Virus record (IMG/VR): IMGVR_UViG_2563366928_000012
Span: 1-39,483 of that record
Length of the DNA stretch: 39,483 nt
DNA from: a virus
Taxonomy: Duplodnaviria > Heunggongvirae > Uroviricota > Caudoviricetes
Strand: one strand, 5' to 3'
The notes under the pieces were generated by a model. It was given only the letters and a program-made list of their open reading frames with translations, made no database searches and had not been told where the DNA came from. Below are positions 38,433-39,483 of the stretch, piece after piece. The translations under genes were made by a program, and so were the position numbers. Position 1 is the first letter of the stretch. Each line of letters begins with the position of its first letter.

Positions 38433-39483
38433 GCGCCGGGATTTACCCCCTAACCTTTATATAAGAAACAATGGATATTACTGCTACAGGGACCCAAGGA
38501 CGGGTAAAGAGTTTGGATTAGGCCGAGACAGGAGGATAGCAATCACTGAAGCAATACAGGCCAATATTGAGTTACTCTCAGACAGCGGACGCAAATCACT
38601 GATAGACAGAATTAAAGGCGGTGACGCAATCACTCTTCATGTGTGGCTTGACCGATATGAAAGAATCCTCACCGAAAGGGGGATCAGGCCGAAAACTCTA
38701 CTCGACTACGCCAGCAAAATCAGGGCAATCCGAAGAAAATTGCCGGACAAACCGCTCACTGACATATCAACGAAAGATGTGGCAGCAATGCTAAACACCT
38801 ACGTAGCAGAAGGTAAAGCAGCTTCCGCAAAATTAATCAGGTCAACCCTTGTTGACGTTTTTCGTGAAGCAATAGCCGAGGGGCATGTGGCAACGAATCC
38901 GGTAACAGCAACCCGTACAGCAAAGTCAGAAGTAAGGCGCTCAAGGCTGACAGCTAATGAGTATGTCGAGATTTACCATGCAGCCGAACCTCTCCCTATC
39001 TGGCTAAGGCTGGCGATGGATTTGGCTGTCGTTACAGGGCAGAGAGTGGGCGATTTATGCAGAATGAAATGGTCAGACATAAACGACAACCATCTTCACA
39101 TTGAACAGAGTAAAACAGGGGCTAAACTCGCCATTCCGCTAATGCTAACGATTGACGCGCTCAATATCTCATTGGCTGATACACTACAGAAATGCAGGGA
39201 GGCCAGCAGCAGTGAAACTATAATCGCATCAAAGCATCACGATCCGCTTTCCCCGAAAACAGTATCAAAGTATTTTACAAAGGCGAGAAATGCATCTGGA
39301 CTCTCATTTGATGGAAACCCGCCAACATTCCATGAACTGCGTAGCCTGTCAGCAAGGCTATACCGGAACCAGATTGGCGATAAGTTTGCTCAACGTCTTC
39401 TCGGGCATAAATCAGATTCAATGGCTGCGCGGTATAGGGATAGCCGTGGACGGGAATGGGACAAAATTGAAATCGACAAATGA
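38410..39483 (+). CDS. int: Tyrosine integrase (lambda Int family)
   Basis: 357 aa; N-terminus MGRRRSHERRDLPPNLYIRNNGYYCYRDPRTGKEFGLGRDRRIAITEAIQAN and C-terminus GREWDKIEI match recalled lambda Int; overlaps xis as in lambda. Confidence 0.9.
   Translation: MGRRRSHERRDLPPNLYIRNNGYYCYRDPRTGKEFGLGRDRRIAITEAIQANIELLSDSGRKSLIDRIKGGDAITLHVWLDRYERILTERGIRPKTLLDYASKIRAIRRKLPDKPLTDISTKDVAAMLNTYVAEGKAASAKLIRSTLVDVFREAIAEGHVATNPVTATRTAKSEVRRSRLTANEYVEIYHAAEPLPIWLRLAMDLAVVTGQRVGDLCRMKWSDINDNHLHIEQSKTGAKLAIPLMLTIDALNISLADTLQKCREASSSETIIASKHHDPLSPKTVSKYFTKARNASGLSFDGNPPTFHELRSLSARLYRNQIGDKFAQRLLGHKSDSMAARYRDSRGREWDKIEIDK

Overview
The window is one almost complete, mosaic lambdoid prophage of an enterobacterial host, lying in reverse orientation, with a P22/Sf6-type podovirus morphogenesis cluster and lambda-type integration, nin and lysis modules. 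It runs from the tailspike stop (position 1) to the integrase stop (39483), so both att sites lie outside. Order on the minus strand: endosialidase tailspike, immI (ant, arc, mnt), an accessory locus at the P22 sieA position, ejection proteins gp16/gp20/gp7, gp14, gp26, gp10, gp4, coat, scaffold, portal, TerL, TerS, Rz/Rz1-R-S lysis genes, two tRNAs, Q, ninI-H-G-F-E-B, primase-helicase, O-like initiator with ori iterons, cII, cro. On the plus strand: a chimeric cI, an AT-rich two-gene operon at the lambda rexAB position, N with nutL, a recombination module (Sak4-like ATPase plus partner), small ea-type genes, xis and int. The best candidates for an undescribed system are the two-gene operon downstream of cI (30920-32226) and the three-gene cargo at the sieA hotspot (4727-6795). 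All calls rest on reading the six-frame translations and the DNA by eye and on recalled family knowledge; no searches were run, and all terminator and operator calls are visual only.
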